In this document: positions 50,597-60,374 of the stretch, piece after piece
How the letters are laid out: every line of letters begins with the position of its first letter
Position numbering within the stretch: the first letter of the stretch is position 1
Source of the DNA: an uncultured Lachnospiraceae bacterium
GTDB taxonomy: Bacteria; Bacillota; Clostridia; Lachnospirales; Lachnospiraceae
DNA length: 64,000 nucleotides
Reading direction: 5' to 3'
Assembly (NCBI GenBank): GCA_910576815.1
Contig: CAJTKA010000018.1
Location: 5,485-69,484, forward strand
Notes under the pieces: model-generated
Seen by the model: the letters and a program-made list of their open reading frames with translations, nothing else
Database searches by the model: none
What the model was told of the DNA's origin: nothing
Program-made: the position numbers and the translations under genes

Positions 50597-51580
50597 ATGC
50601 CGTTTGCAGTGTTTGTCATCAGTGTGTTATGTGTTATTTTGCTTATTTGCCTTGTAGGGTTGAAACGGCAGCTGCGCAGTGTAAGGCGGCAGTTGGAATA
50701 TCGGGTCGGTGTTCCCATCAAAAAACCGCTGGCACTGGAAGTGCAGGATAATGACCTGATGGCAATCACTGTGGCTTTGAACCAGATTTTCAGTGAGGAC
50801 GAAGCATTTCGAAATGTGCAGAGCAGAAATGAGAATGAATATCGGGAAATGATCACCAATATCTCTCACGACCTGCGGACGCCGCTCACGGTCCTGAAAG
50901 GATATCTGCAACTGCTGGAACGATGCGAGATGGACGATGCGGGCAAAGAGTATCTGTCCGTTTGTTTTCGGCATTCCGAAGAACTGGAGCGGCGGGTCAG
51001 TCAGTTTTTTGAATACTCCTATTGGATGAATCAGGAGCAGGATATCCTCTTAAAAATCGTAAACGTAACCAATCTGATCGCGGATTGTATGACGGATTTT
51101 ATTCCCGTGTTTGAAGAAAAAGGACTTACGATGCGCTTAGAACAGGACACGATTTATAAGGCGTTTGCGGAGGAAGAATTGTTTCGACGGGTGATGCAGA
51201 ATCTTTTGAAAAACTGCCTGCAGTATTCCGTGGGCGAAGTGGTGGTTTCGATTATACGGGACGAGGTGGTTTCCATTGCGCAAAATGGGGCGGCTCCTCT
51301 AATGCGGGATGCTGACGGGGCGACAAACCGTTCCAAAGACTGCGCGTTCGGCGACCGTATTTGCATCTGCGTGCAGAATCCGATCGCTGAAGATTCCAAG
51401 CTTGATCCGGACAAAATATTTCAGCGCTTTTATGTGGAAAGGGAAGAACGCAACCAATCCACCGGACTGGGTTTGTCCATCGTCAAACTCCTTGTGGAGA
51501 AAATGCAGGGAGAGGTGTTTGCCTTTCGGGAAGGAAATCTGCTGCGTGTCGGGTTCTGCCTGAAAACATTTAAGGTATAA
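50597..51580 (+). CDS. sensor histidine kinase (short intramembrane-sensing type)
   Basis: NISHDLRTPLT, NLLKN, FQRFY, STGLGL; short N-terminal TM. Confidence 0.88.
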   Translation: MPFAVFVISVLCVILLICLVGLKRQLRSVRRQLEYRVGVPIKKPLALEVQDNDLMAITVALNQIFSEDEAFRNVQSRNENEYREMITNISHDLRTPLTVLKGYLQLLERCEMDDAGKEYLSVCFRHSEELERRVSQFFEYSYWMNQEQDILLKIVNVTNLIADCMTDFIPVFEEKGLTMRLEQDTIYKAFAEEELFRRVMQNLLKNCLQYSVGEVVVSIIRDEVVSIAQNGAAPLMRDADGATNRSKDCAFGDRICICVQNPIAEDSKLDPDKIFQRFYVEREERNQSTGLGLSIVKLLVEKMQGEVFAFREGNLLRVGFCLKTFKV

Positions 51581-52712
51581 ATGTGCGGAGTAAGCGAAAA
51601 GCCTGTTCCACGGTATCGCTCATATTGGCGGCGGCAGTCTCAGGTTTCATTGCTTCATCTTCCGGCACGACTTCACGCAGGATCGGGAAAAAGGCGTCGA
51701 TTCCGGCGGTATTGCAGGCAGAGGCATCTTTCGTTGCACAGCCGCAAAAGGCAATGACAGGTTTCCCGTATTTTTTGGCAAGCTTTGCGACACCGATCGG
51801 CGCTTTGCCCATGACCGTCTGTCCGTCGAGACGTCCTTCACCTGTGATCACAAGGTCGGAATCCATGATATTGTTTGATAAATGCGTTTCATCGAGGACG
51901 ATCGTAATACCTGATGCAAGGACCGCGTTTGTAAAGGTGAGAAAGGCAAACCCCAGGCCGCCTGCGGCTCCCGTACCGGGATGATTGCTGTTGGCGTTTG
52001 GATAGGTCTTTCGCGAAACTGAAGCGTAGTCGAACAACCATTTGTCCATTTGTTTTATCATGGTCGGATCGGCGCCTTTTTGTGGACCGTATACAGCGCT
52101 GCATCCCTGCTCTCCGCAGAGGGGATTTGTCACGTCACAGGCAATCTTGAAAGAACATTCCGCCAGCTCAGGGATCACATTATCGTTGGTGATTCGATCC
52201 AGTACGGAAAGTCCTTTTGCCCCGAAAGGCACCTGCTTTCCTTCTTTGGTGAGAAATCCAAACCCAAGCGCCTGCAGCATACCGATGCCGCCTTCGTTGG
52301 TCGCACTGCCGCCAATGCCGACAATCAATTTTCTGCATCCGCGTCCGATGGCATCTGCAATCATTTCTCCCACGCCGTAAGTGGTGGTGCGCAGGGGATT
52401 GCGTTCCGCTTCCGGTATAAGGGTGATGCCGGCTGCTGCGGACATTTCGATAATTGCCGTTTGGCTGTTGCGGATGATCCCGTAGCTGCAGGAGACAGGT
52501 TTCCCTAAAGGGCCGGTCGCTTTCATGGTAATCCATTCCCCGCCCATGCCTGTTGTCAATGCGTAGGCGGTGCCCTCACCGCCGTCAGCGAGCGGGCGGA
52601 TAAAGATTTCGGCATGCGGATAGACGCGACGAATGCCTGCTTCTACCGCTTTTCCCGCATCTATGGAAGATAAACTTCCCTTGAAAGAATCCATTGCTAT
52701 GGTTATTTTCAT
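51570..52712 (-). CDS. glycerate kinase
   Basis: DSFKGSL, ADGGEGT, GIGGSATN, GAAGG, TGEGRLD. Confidence 0.92.
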   Translation of the reverse strand: MKITIAMDSFKGSLSSIDAGKAVEAGIRRVYPHAEIFIRPLADGGEGTAYALTTGMGGEWITMKATGPLGKPVSCSYGIIRNSQTAIIEMSAAAGITLIPEAERNPLRTTTYGVGEMIADAIGRGCRKLIVGIGGSATNEGGIGMLQALGFGFLTKEGKQVPFGAKGLSVLDRITNDNVIPELAECSFKIACDVTNPLCGEQGCSAVYGPQKGADPTMIKQMDKWLFDYASVSRKTYPNANSNHPGTGAAGGLGFAFLTFTNAVLASGITIVLDETHLSNNIMDSDLVITGEGRLDGQTVMGKAPIGVAKLAKKYGKPVIAFCGCATKDASACNTAGIDAFFPILREVVPEDEAMKPETAAANMSDTVEQAFRLLRTFIP

Positions 52713-52763
52713 AACTGATTTCACCGTTTTCTGGTTTTATCCACTGTTTATGATACAAAAGAC

Positions 52764-53249
52764 TTACTCTGTCTCCACTATAATATCCGCAAACTCGCAA
52801 TGAACTACAGTCACGAGATCTTGCGGTGAAAGTTCGATTTGAAAGCCGACCTTTCCTGCGCTCACAAATATTTTATCATATTGCTTTGCCGTTTCATGGA
52901 GAAAAGTCGGGAACTGCTTTTTCATGCCGATTGGCGAGCATCCGCCGTGAACGTATCCCGTCAGCGGCAGCAGTTCCTTTTGCTTGATCATATTGACGGC
53001 TTTCTCACCCGCCGCCTTCGCTGCCTTTTTCAGGTCGAGTTCTGCCTGTACGGGAACCACGAAAACATAGTAGCTGCCTGATTTTCCCTGTGTGACCAGT
53101 GTCTTAAAAACATGGGCAGGATCTTCGCCGAGGATTCCCGCAATCTGTTCGCCGCTCATTGCCTGGTCAGGCTCATAAGTATGGCTTGTATAGGAAATTT
53201 TTTTGCCATCTAAAACGCGCATCACGTTTGTCTTGTCGTTATTTTTCAA
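52764..53249 (-). CDS. ybaK: Cys-tRNA(Pro) deacylase
   Basis: KTNVMR, VFKTLV, TGYVHGGCSPIG, SAGKVG; TTG start with GAGGAG SD. Confidence 0.9.
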   Translation of the reverse strand: MKNNDKTNVMRVLDGKKISYTSHTYEPDQAMSGEQIAGILGEDPAHVFKTLVTQGKSGSYYVFVVPVQAELDLKKAAKAAGEKAVNMIKQKELLPLTGYVHGGCSPIGMKKQFPTFLHETAKQYDKIFVSAGKVGFQIELSPQDLVTVVHCEFADIIVETE

Positions 53250-53539
53250 TTTGGATTCCTCCTCGAATAATGTCTGGGACTCATTTCTATGTGAAATTAT
53301 AGCACAACGGTTTTTGGTTTGGCAAACCGCAACATTTATGCACGGGCATTACCCAAAGCGGAAATGGCATATCGGGTAAGCCGTTTCATTGAATATGGGC
53401 GGGTCAATATATCAGGTTGTCTGCAAACATAAACTATGTCATAATGATGTCATAGCCTGTCTGAGATGCAGAGTTGGGATTGCTGTCATGGAAGCATTGA
53501 AAATCTTGTTTGGAAGACGAATGCAGTAGAGGAATACAG

Positions 53540-54730
53540 ATGAAGCGATATTCAAAAGAAGAAGTAAGACAGATGCTGTGCCGATATCATAATCTGGACG
53601 GTGCGGAAACGCTTGGCGGGAAGAAGGGCGTTGAAAAGAACATGCAGCGTATCCACAGCATTCAATATGATCCTCTGTGTGTTGTGATGAGAAATGCTGA
53701 TCTGGTATTGCAGGCCAGGGTGCAGGATTACAGGGAAGACTTTCTTAACAGTCTGTTATACGAGGATCATAGGCTGGTCGACGGCTTTGATAAAGAAATG
53801 TGTATTTATCATGTTGAGGATTTTGGCCGCTTTCAATTTGTGCGCAATACTTATCATGAAAATGCTGTGCGTACTTTACAGTACCGTAACCAGATGGGCG
53901 TATTGGATATCTTGGATGATGTCAGAGATTTTGTGGAACAGCATGGGAAAACGGGCACAAAGGATCTTACGATCGGAGAAGTGTGGGAAAGCCGTTGGGG
54001 ACCGAAAAAGCTGTCGAGTGCGGCACTGGATTATCTTTTTAATAACGGCACGCTCACGGTGGCGGATAAACGAGGGACACAGAAATATTTTGATTTAACG
54101 GAACGTATCATTGACAATCAATATCTTTTCTGTGATCCGAATATGACTGTAGAGGATTTTGTGGAGTGGTATGTTGAGAGGAGACTGCAGTGCGTCGGTT
54201 TTTTGTGGAATAAGAATGGCGGCGCATGGCAGGGATGTTTTGTGAGCGATAATAATTTGCGCAGTTCGGTACTGAAGACACTGGTTGAAAAAGAGCGAAT
54301 TGAAGAAATACAGACCGAGGGAATCAACGAGAGTTTTTATGTTTCAGGGAGCTTTTGGGAGTACTTGAAGAAGAAGCCGAAAGACAATTATGCAAGATTT
54401 CTTGGGCCCTTGGATAATATGATGTGGGACAGGGAGATGCTGGAGGCACTGTTTGGTTTTGTATACCGTTGGGAAGTGTATACGCCTGTTGTCAAAAGAA
54501 AATATGGCTACTATGTACTGCCCGTTCTTTACAACGGAAGATTTGTGGCGAGATTCGAGGCGGAACCCGTTCGCCAAGCGGAAAAATTTGTCATCAAAAA
54601 CTGGTGGTGGGAACCGGAGGTAAAACCGGATCACAATATGATGGAAACGATTGAGAAGGAAATGGTACGGTTTGCCAAGGTCCTTCAAGTGGACAATTTT
54701 CCGGGAAACAGGGAACAGATAGGAGTGTAG
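53540..54730 (+). CDS. YcaQ/AlkZ family crosslink-repair DNA glycosylase
   Basis: IQYDP, PLDNMMWDR, YRWEVYTPVVKRKYGYYVLP. Confidence 0.82.
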   Translation: MKRYSKEEVRQMLCRYHNLDGAETLGGKKGVEKNMQRIHSIQYDPLCVVMRNADLVLQARVQDYREDFLNSLLYEDHRLVDGFDKEMCIYHVEDFGRFQFVRNTYHENAVRTLQYRNQMGVLDILDDVRDFVEQHGKTGTKDLTIGEVWESRWGPKKLSSAALDYLFNNGTLTVADKRGTQKYFDLTERIIDNQYLFCDPNMTVEDFVEWYVERRLQCVGFLWNKNGGAWQGCFVSDNNLRSSVLKTLVEKERIEEIQTEGINESFYVSGSFWEYLKKKPKDNYARFLGPLDNMMWDREMLEALFGFVYRWEVYTPVVKRKYGYYVLPVLYNGRFVARFEAEPVRQAEKFVIKNWWWEPEVKPDHNMMETIEKEMVRFAKVLQVDNFPGNREQIGV

Positions 54731-54734
54731 CGAG

Positions 54735-55169
54735 ATGATAAGAACAGCCTCCAAAGACGATATTGGAATCATAGCCGAACTGGCAGTCAAAATGTGGGAT
54801 GATAGCTCCGTAGAGAAGCTGGCGGATGAATTTGCAGAGCTTATTTCCAAAGATACCGCCTGTATTTTCCTCAAGTATGAAAATGACATGCCTGTCGGAT
54901 TTGCGCAATGTCAATTGCGCAGCGATTATGTGGAAGGCACGGAAACATCTCTCGTCGGTTACTTAGAAGGTATTTTCATTTTGGAAGGTTACCGCAAGCG
55001 GGGTTATGCCAAAGAACTGCTACACGCATGCGAGGCATGGGCAAAGGATATGAGCTGTACAGAATTTGCCAGCGATTGCGAACTTGACAATACCGATAGC
55101 CTGGGATTTCATATGGCGATGGGTTTTACGGAGGCGAATCGCATCATCTGTTTTACGAAGAAGCTGTAA
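54735..55169 (+). CDS. aminoglycoside 6'-N-acetyltransferase-like GNAT
   Basis: LRSDYVEGT, GYLEGIF, EFASDC, FHMAMGF: AAC(6')-I-like motifs. Confidence 0.8.
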   Translation: MIRTASKDDIGIIAELAVKMWDDSSVEKLADEFAELISKDTACIFLKYENDMPVGFAQCQLRSDYVEGTETSLVGYLEGIFILEGYRKRGYAKELLHACEAWAKDMSCTEFASDCELDNTDSLGFHMAMGFTEANRIICFTKKL

Positions 55170-55281
55170 AAATATAATTTTTTGGAGATCAAAGTGTTTG
55201 CGAAGTTTGGCTTACGGATTGTAAATTGATATAATAAAGAATGAAAGAAGCTGGGAAGATATTTGCCAGAGAAAGGGGTCA

Positions 55282-56058
55282 ATGATAATGAAAAATTATT
55301 CGGAAGATGCGAGCAGACAATACCACATTCAGGTGGCGCAGGGTGAGGTGGGGCGCTATGTGATCATGCCCGGAGACCCGAAGCGCTGTGTCAAGATTGC
55401 GCAGTATTTTGACGATCCTGTTTTGATTGCGGATAACAGGGAATATATTACCTATACGGGAACACTCGACGGGGTGAAAGTGAGCGTGACTTCTACAGGC
55501 ATCGGCGGACCTTCTGCAGCGATCGCCATGGAGGAATTGGTGCGCTGCGGCGCGGACACCTTTCTGCGTATCGGTACTTGCGGCGGGATGCAGACGGAGG
55601 TGAAAAGCGGCGATATCGTGATTGCGACGGGAGCGATCCGCATGGAGGGGACAAGCAGAGAGTATGCGCCCATCGAGTTTCCGGCGGTCCCCAACCTTAC
55701 TGTGACAAATGCCTTTGTGGAGGCGGCAAAGAAGTTGGACTGCCCTCATCATGCAGGTGTGGTGCAGTGCAAGGATTCTTTTTACGGGCAGCATGAACCG
55801 GAGACGAAGCCTGTAAGCTATGAGCTTGTGAATAAATGGGAAGCATGGAAGCGGCTGGGATGTTTGGCTTCCGAGATGGAGTCGGCGGCGCTGTTCACAG
55901 TGGCAAGTTATTTACATGTGCGGGCAGGTTCCTGCTTTTTGGTAGTTGCGAATCAGGAACGCGAAAAGCTGGGACTGGAAAACCCGGTGGTGCATGATAC
56001 GGATATGGCAGTCCGCGTGGCGGTGGAAGCGGTGCGGGGGCTGATTCAGAATAATTAA
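55282..56058 (+). CDS. udp: uridine phosphorylase
   Basis: [36 protein letters not shown]. Confidence 0.88.
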   Translation: MIMKNYSEDASRQYHIQVAQGEVGRYVIMPGDPKRCVKIAQYFDDPVLIADNREYITYTGTLDGVKVSVTSTGIGGPSAAIAMEELVRCGADTFLRIGTCGGMQTEVKSGDIVIATGAIRMEGTSREYAPIEFPAVPNLTVTNAFVEAAKKLDCPHHAGVVQCKDSFYGQHEPETKPVSYELVNKWEAWKRLGCLASEMESAALFTVASYLHVRAGSCFLVVANQEREKLGLENPVVHDTDMAVRVAVEAVRGLIQNN

Positions 56059-56069
56059 GGGTTAACAAA

Positions 56070-56723
56070 ATGCTTAAGAAGGTACTATTCAAAATTACAA
56101 AAGGTCCCTTTATGGGTTCCATGGTTGGAAAAGTATTTCAATACTGCAGCCGGTTGATTCTTGTGAAGAAAATATATAACGGCAAGGAAGTTATTGCGTT
56201 TTATCATCCGCAGCCTTCCTATCAAAATCATGTAATTATTGTGCCGAAAAAGGCGATTAAAAATTTGTAGCAGATGGCATCCGATTCTTATAGCAGATAT
56301 TTTGTGAAGATTTGGGAGACCGTAAAGGATATATGTGCGGCGCATCCTCAATTTCGCGATGCATTCGTGATCGCTGCCAATGGAGGGAAAAGGCAGGAGG
56401 TTCAACAGGTACATTTTCATATGTTTACGGACCAAGAAGTTGTAAATGAATACTCTGCGCAGGAGCAGGCGGAGAATGTTTTTTAAAGGGATGGGAATAT
56501 TTGTATTTTGGAGCATCCTAACCCCAATTGGGAAGTTCATTTTGTAATGCAGCCAGTTTCGTCATTCCAAATGACAAGGGATGACAAAGATAAAGATGCG
56601 TTTTTGGGAAACGTTTTACATAGTATAGATAGATTAAATGATGAGTGCGATATTGTGCAGAGAGGGTATTCGCTTGTATATCAACATAGGAAGAACAGTG
56701 AGATTGATTGTCCTGTTTCGTAG
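56070..56723 (+). pseudogene. HIT-domain protein pseudogene with two in-frame stops
   Basis: three ORFs in one frame split by TAG 56268-56270 and TAA 56484-56486; HPQPSYQNHVIIVPK and QVHFHM. Confidence 0.7.
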
Positions 56724-56925
56724 ATTGATTTAAAAAATCCGTGGATAACATTTTAGAGAGCTCTCCGATTTGCAGTATTGGCATGGTTATGGAATTTCTG
56801 TAAATAAAGCCAAGTTTTTCGTTGGTAAAAAGGTTTTTATCCTGTTTAAAATATTCATGTGTATCTTTGATTTCCGAACAATAATTATCTATTTTAATGA
56901 GTAATGTTTTATCCTTTGGATTCAT
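56720..56925 (-). pseudogene. truncated HEPN/DUF86 toxin
   Basis: MPILQIGELSK typical of DUF86; no R-X4-H motif downstream; follows MNT gene. Confidence 0.65.
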
Positions 56926-57217
56926 AAATAACAACCTCGTCTTTTTTGATTTGTTCCAAGAATTCAATATCGTTGGATGTATCTGTAATTACATCGATAT
57001 TTGAACCTAATACCATTTCCAGCTCATCAATAAATGCTGCTAACTGAAATAATGATCGGATAGCTCCCTTTGAAATCAAAAAATCATAATCACTTGTTTC
57101 TGTTGCTGTATTTTTTGCTCTGGAACCAAATAGTGCGACTCTGTCTGCACCGTATTTTTGCGCAATGGGAGTAACCAGATTTGATATTTTTTTGATATCC
57201 GTCATTTTAATCTCCAT
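56909..57217 (-). CDS. MNT nucleotidyltransferase antitoxin
   Basis: LFGSRAK, SDYDFL, IDVIT; overlaps HEPN start. Confidence 0.82.
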   Translation of the reverse strand: MEIKMTDIKKISNLVTPIAQKYGADRVALFGSRAKNTATETSDYDFLISKGAIRSLFQLAAFIDELEMVLGSNIDVITDTSNDIEFLEQIKKDEVVIYESKG

Positions 57218-57348
57218 GTCAGAACAGTTTGCCACATAAAGTTTTGTTGCAGTTATTATTATAGTTTACTTTTGATAAGGATACAACATCAAAAAAGTTA
57301 ATTCTTGCATATTGATCGCAGAATAAGCTATAATGTTTCCAATCAAAA

Positions 57349-57834
57349 ATGTTTGAAAGGATTATCAATATGGTAAGGCAAATAAGAACTTCTGCGAAAG
57401 CAGTGATTATTCAAAACGGCAAATTGCTCGCCATAAAGTTGAACGATGGCAAAGAGGAATGGTACATATTGCCCGGCGGCGGACAGGAGTGTGAGGAAAT
57501 GCTTTCGCAGGCTGTGGAACGGGAAGTGAGAGAAGAAGCGGGGATAGAGGTTGCGTGCAAAGATTTACTTTTCGTGATAGAGGGAGTTCACGGGGAAGAT
57601 TTTCACAGAGTGGATCTGGTATTTTTATGTGATTATCTGGGAGAAGCCCCTGATGCAGAACTGCATGGGGATACGAATCAAATTGGTTTTGAATGGCTGG
57701 ATTTGTCTGTATTAAATCAATTGCCCTTGTATCCGTCGAAACTTCGCCGCCCGATCATGAATTTTTATGAGGGGAAAGAATACAAAAAATATCTGGGGAA
57801 TGAGGAGATTGGGGATCCGGCATGTGTAGAATAA
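57349..57834 (+). CDS. NUDIX hydrolase
   Basis: LPGGGQE...AVEREVREEAG Nudix box. Confidence 0.88.
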   Translation: MFERIINMVRQIRTSAKAVIIQNGKLLAIKLNDGKEEWYILPGGGQECEEMLSQAVEREVREEAGIEVACKDLLFVIEGVHGEDFHRVDLVFLCDYLGEAPDAELHGDTNQIGFEWLDLSVLNQLPLYPSKLRRPIMNFYEGKEYKKYLGNEEIGDPACVE

Positions 57835-57918
57835 TAATCTGCGGCTTAAATGGCGCTGGAAATAGTACCTTTGGGAAAGCCCTAATGAAATTTGTTTATT
57901 GAAAGGCTGGAATCGGAA

Positions 57919-58428
57919 ATGACCTGTAAAATAAGAAAATGGAAATTATCAGACGCAAAGGATTTGGCAGCTGCCATTTCCAATAAAAAAGTGCAGGATA
58001 ACCTGCGGGATGGGTTGCCCTATCCTTATACAGAACAGGACGGAGTGGACTTTATTTCCGCCATGCTTGCGGCGGATGAAAACGAGACCTTTGCTTTTGC
58101 GATTACGGTAGATGATAAAGCAATTGGCAGTATCGGCGTGTTTCGTCAGGGCAATATCCACAGGCGGACTGCGGAACTGGGATATTACGTGGCGGAAGAA
58201 TACTGGGGAAAGGGCATTATGACCGATGCGGTAAAACAAATTTGCGCGTATGTGTTTGATAACAGCGATATTCTCCGCATATATGCGGAGCCGTTTGCCT
58301 ACAATGCCGCTTCCTGCCGTGTGCTGGAAAAAGCGGGCTTTCAATATGAAGGCACCTTGCGAAGCAATGCTGTTAAAAATGAAAAAGTGATCGACATGAA
58401 GATGTACTCTTTCTGCCGATCACTTTGA
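57919..58428 (+). CDS. GNAT N-acetyltransferase (RimJ/RimL type)
   Basis: AELGYY, YWGKGIM, NAASCRVLEKAGF. Confidence 0.88.
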   Translation: MTCKIRKWKLSDAKDLAAAISNKKVQDNLRDGLPYPYTEQDGVDFISAMLAADENETFAFAITVDDKAIGSIGVFRQGNIHRRTAELGYYVAEEYWGKGIMTDAVKQICAYVFDNSDILRIYAEPFAYNAASCRVLEKAGFQYEGTLRSNAVKNEKVIDMKMYSFCRSL

Positions 58429-58449
58429 ATAGACTTATTACATTTCGGG

Positions 58450-60090
58450 CTAAACGTGCTTAGCCGCCGCTTCCAGCGCTTCGTCGATGTGGGCGCAGAA
58501 ATTCTCTATGCCGACCCGCTCGGTAAAGCCTGCTTTATCCATTACTTTTTTCGGCTGTTCATTGACATGAGAGAGGATGATACGGATGCCTCTCTTTTCG
58601 CATTTTTCCAGAAGTTCCGTCAGGGAGTGCATGGCGGTCGCGTCGATGGCGTTTACACTACGCATACGCAGGATCAGGCAGGAGGTGTCTTCCTTTAATG
58701 AGATGCGCAGGATCTTGTCTGCCGCCGCAAAAAACATCGGCCCGGAAATTTCATAAACCAGAGTGTGGCTTGGCACCACGCGAAGCGAAAGGGCATCGGG
58801 ATCGTCTTCCTCATCCACATACTTCCAGCCCTCCACTTCCGTTACTTCGCTCATACGCTTCATAAATAAAATTGCGGCAAGTAGAATACCGACCTCAATC
58901 GCAAGTACCAGATCGAAGACGACGGTAAGTACAAAACTAAGCACTAATACGATAATGTCGCTCTTGGGAGAGGACTTGATCAGATTCACAAAGGTACGCC
59001 AGCCGCTCATATTATAGGCCACCATAAAGAGGATGGCGGCGATGCAGGGCATGGGAATCAGCGCTGCGTAAGGCATTAAAATCACAAGGATCAATACCAG
59101 CGTAATGGAGTGCACCATACCGGCAATGGGGGTACGCCCACCGTTTTTGATGTTGGCGGCCGTCCTGGCAATCGCGCCCGTGGCGGGAATGCCGCCAAAC
59201 AGTGCGGAGCCGACGTTGCCGACGCCCTGTGCAATCAGTTCCATATTGGAGCGGTGCTTGGAATTGATCATGCTGTCAGATACCACGCAGGAGAGCAGGG
59301 ATTCGATAGCCGCCAGAATTGCGATGGTAAAAGCATCCGGCAGGATATCGCCCACGTCCTTCAAGGTGAAGGAAGGCAGATGGAAGCTTGGCAGTTTATT
59401 ACTGATCTCGTAAAGGTCGCCGATGGTGTTTACGTTCATATTGAGAAACTTCACTATCAGGATACCGACGATCACGGCAATCAGGGAGCCGGGAATGGTC
59501 TTGTTGATATAAGGCCACACAATAAGGATAGCCAGGCAGATCATGCCGACGATCAGCGCCTGCACATTGATAGTCGCAATATTTTGAATAACCGCTTCCA
59601 GTTTTTCCATGGTTTCGATCGTTACGGTTCCCTCGGGGTAAGTCAGGCCCAAAAAATCTTTGATCTGACCAATGGCGATGGTGACGGCGATACCCGCCGT
59701 AAAGCCTGTGGTGATGGTATAAGGGATATACTTGATCAGGTTGCCAAGGCGCAGAAAGCCCATGGCAATCAAAATAATGCCGGCCAGAATGGTAGCAAGG
59801 ATCAAACCGTCTATGCCTTTGGCAGCCACGATGCCTGCGACGATAGTGGCAAAGGCGGCTGTGGGTCCCGCGATCTGTACGCGGCTTCCGCCCAGAAAAG
59901 AGATTAAAAAGCCCGCAACGATGGCGGTGTAGATACCCTGTTCGGGGCCGACGCCTGATGCAAGTGCCAGGGCGATGGATAGGGGCAGGGCGATAATGGC
60001 GACGATGATGCCGGCGATTACGTCCTTAATAAATTGCTCCTTAGTATAAGTCTTCATGACGGAAAACAACTTCGGTTTTAACTTTTCCAT
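58450..60090 (-). CDS. SulP family anion transporter with STAS domain
   Basis: ALPLSIALA, GPTAAF, ATGAIART, GPMFF, IDATA. Confidence 0.92.
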   Translation of the reverse strand: MEKLKPKLFSVMKTYTKEQFIKDVIAGIIVAIIALPLSIALALASGVGPEQGIYTAIVAGFLISFLGGSRVQIAGPTAAFATIVAGIVAAKGIDGLILATILAGIILIAMGFLRLGNLIKYIPYTITTGFTAGIAVTIAIGQIKDFLGLTYPEGTVTIETMEKLEAVIQNIATINVQALIVGMICLAILIVWPYINKTIPGSLIAVIVGILIVKFLNMNVNTIGDLYEISNKLPSFHLPSFTLKDVGDILPDAFTIAILAAIESLLSCVVSDSMINSKHRSNMELIAQGVGNVGSALFGGIPATGAIARTAANIKNGGRTPIAGMVHSITLVLILVILMPYAALIPMPCIAAILFMVAYNMSGWRTFVNLIKSSPKSDIIVLVLSFVLTVVFDLVLAIEVGILLAAILFMKRMSEVTEVEGWKYVDEEDDPDALSLRVVPSHTLVYEISGPMFFAAADKILRISLKEDTSCLILRMRSVNAIDATAMHSLTELLEKCEKRGIRIILSHVNEQPKKVMDKAGFTERVGIENFCAHIDEALEAAAKHV

Positions 60091-60374
60091 GGGAATGAGC
60101 TCCTATTCTTTATCGTTTGTTCTCTATTTCTAAACGGCAATGACGATTGCTTTTACCGTTTGATGATCGGCGGCGTCAGGGCACGCCGACGTTTCCATCA
60201 TAGTACCATTTGCAGTATTTTTCAAGCGCGTTTTTATTGCCGCCGATTGCTGTTTATGCTAAGATGAAAGAAAAGAAAACAGAAAGCAGGATGCTGTTTC
60301 AAAGAGCACGGCAAGACGACGGGAGCGTCGCGGAAATACAGGGAAATAGCAAGCTGGCAGAGGATTGTGAGAGT

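Noticed and set aside
56268..56270. Programmed stop readthrough (pyrrolysine/recoding) in the HIT gene
   Set aside because: The second stop is TAA and other genes here end in TAG normally; decay is simpler.
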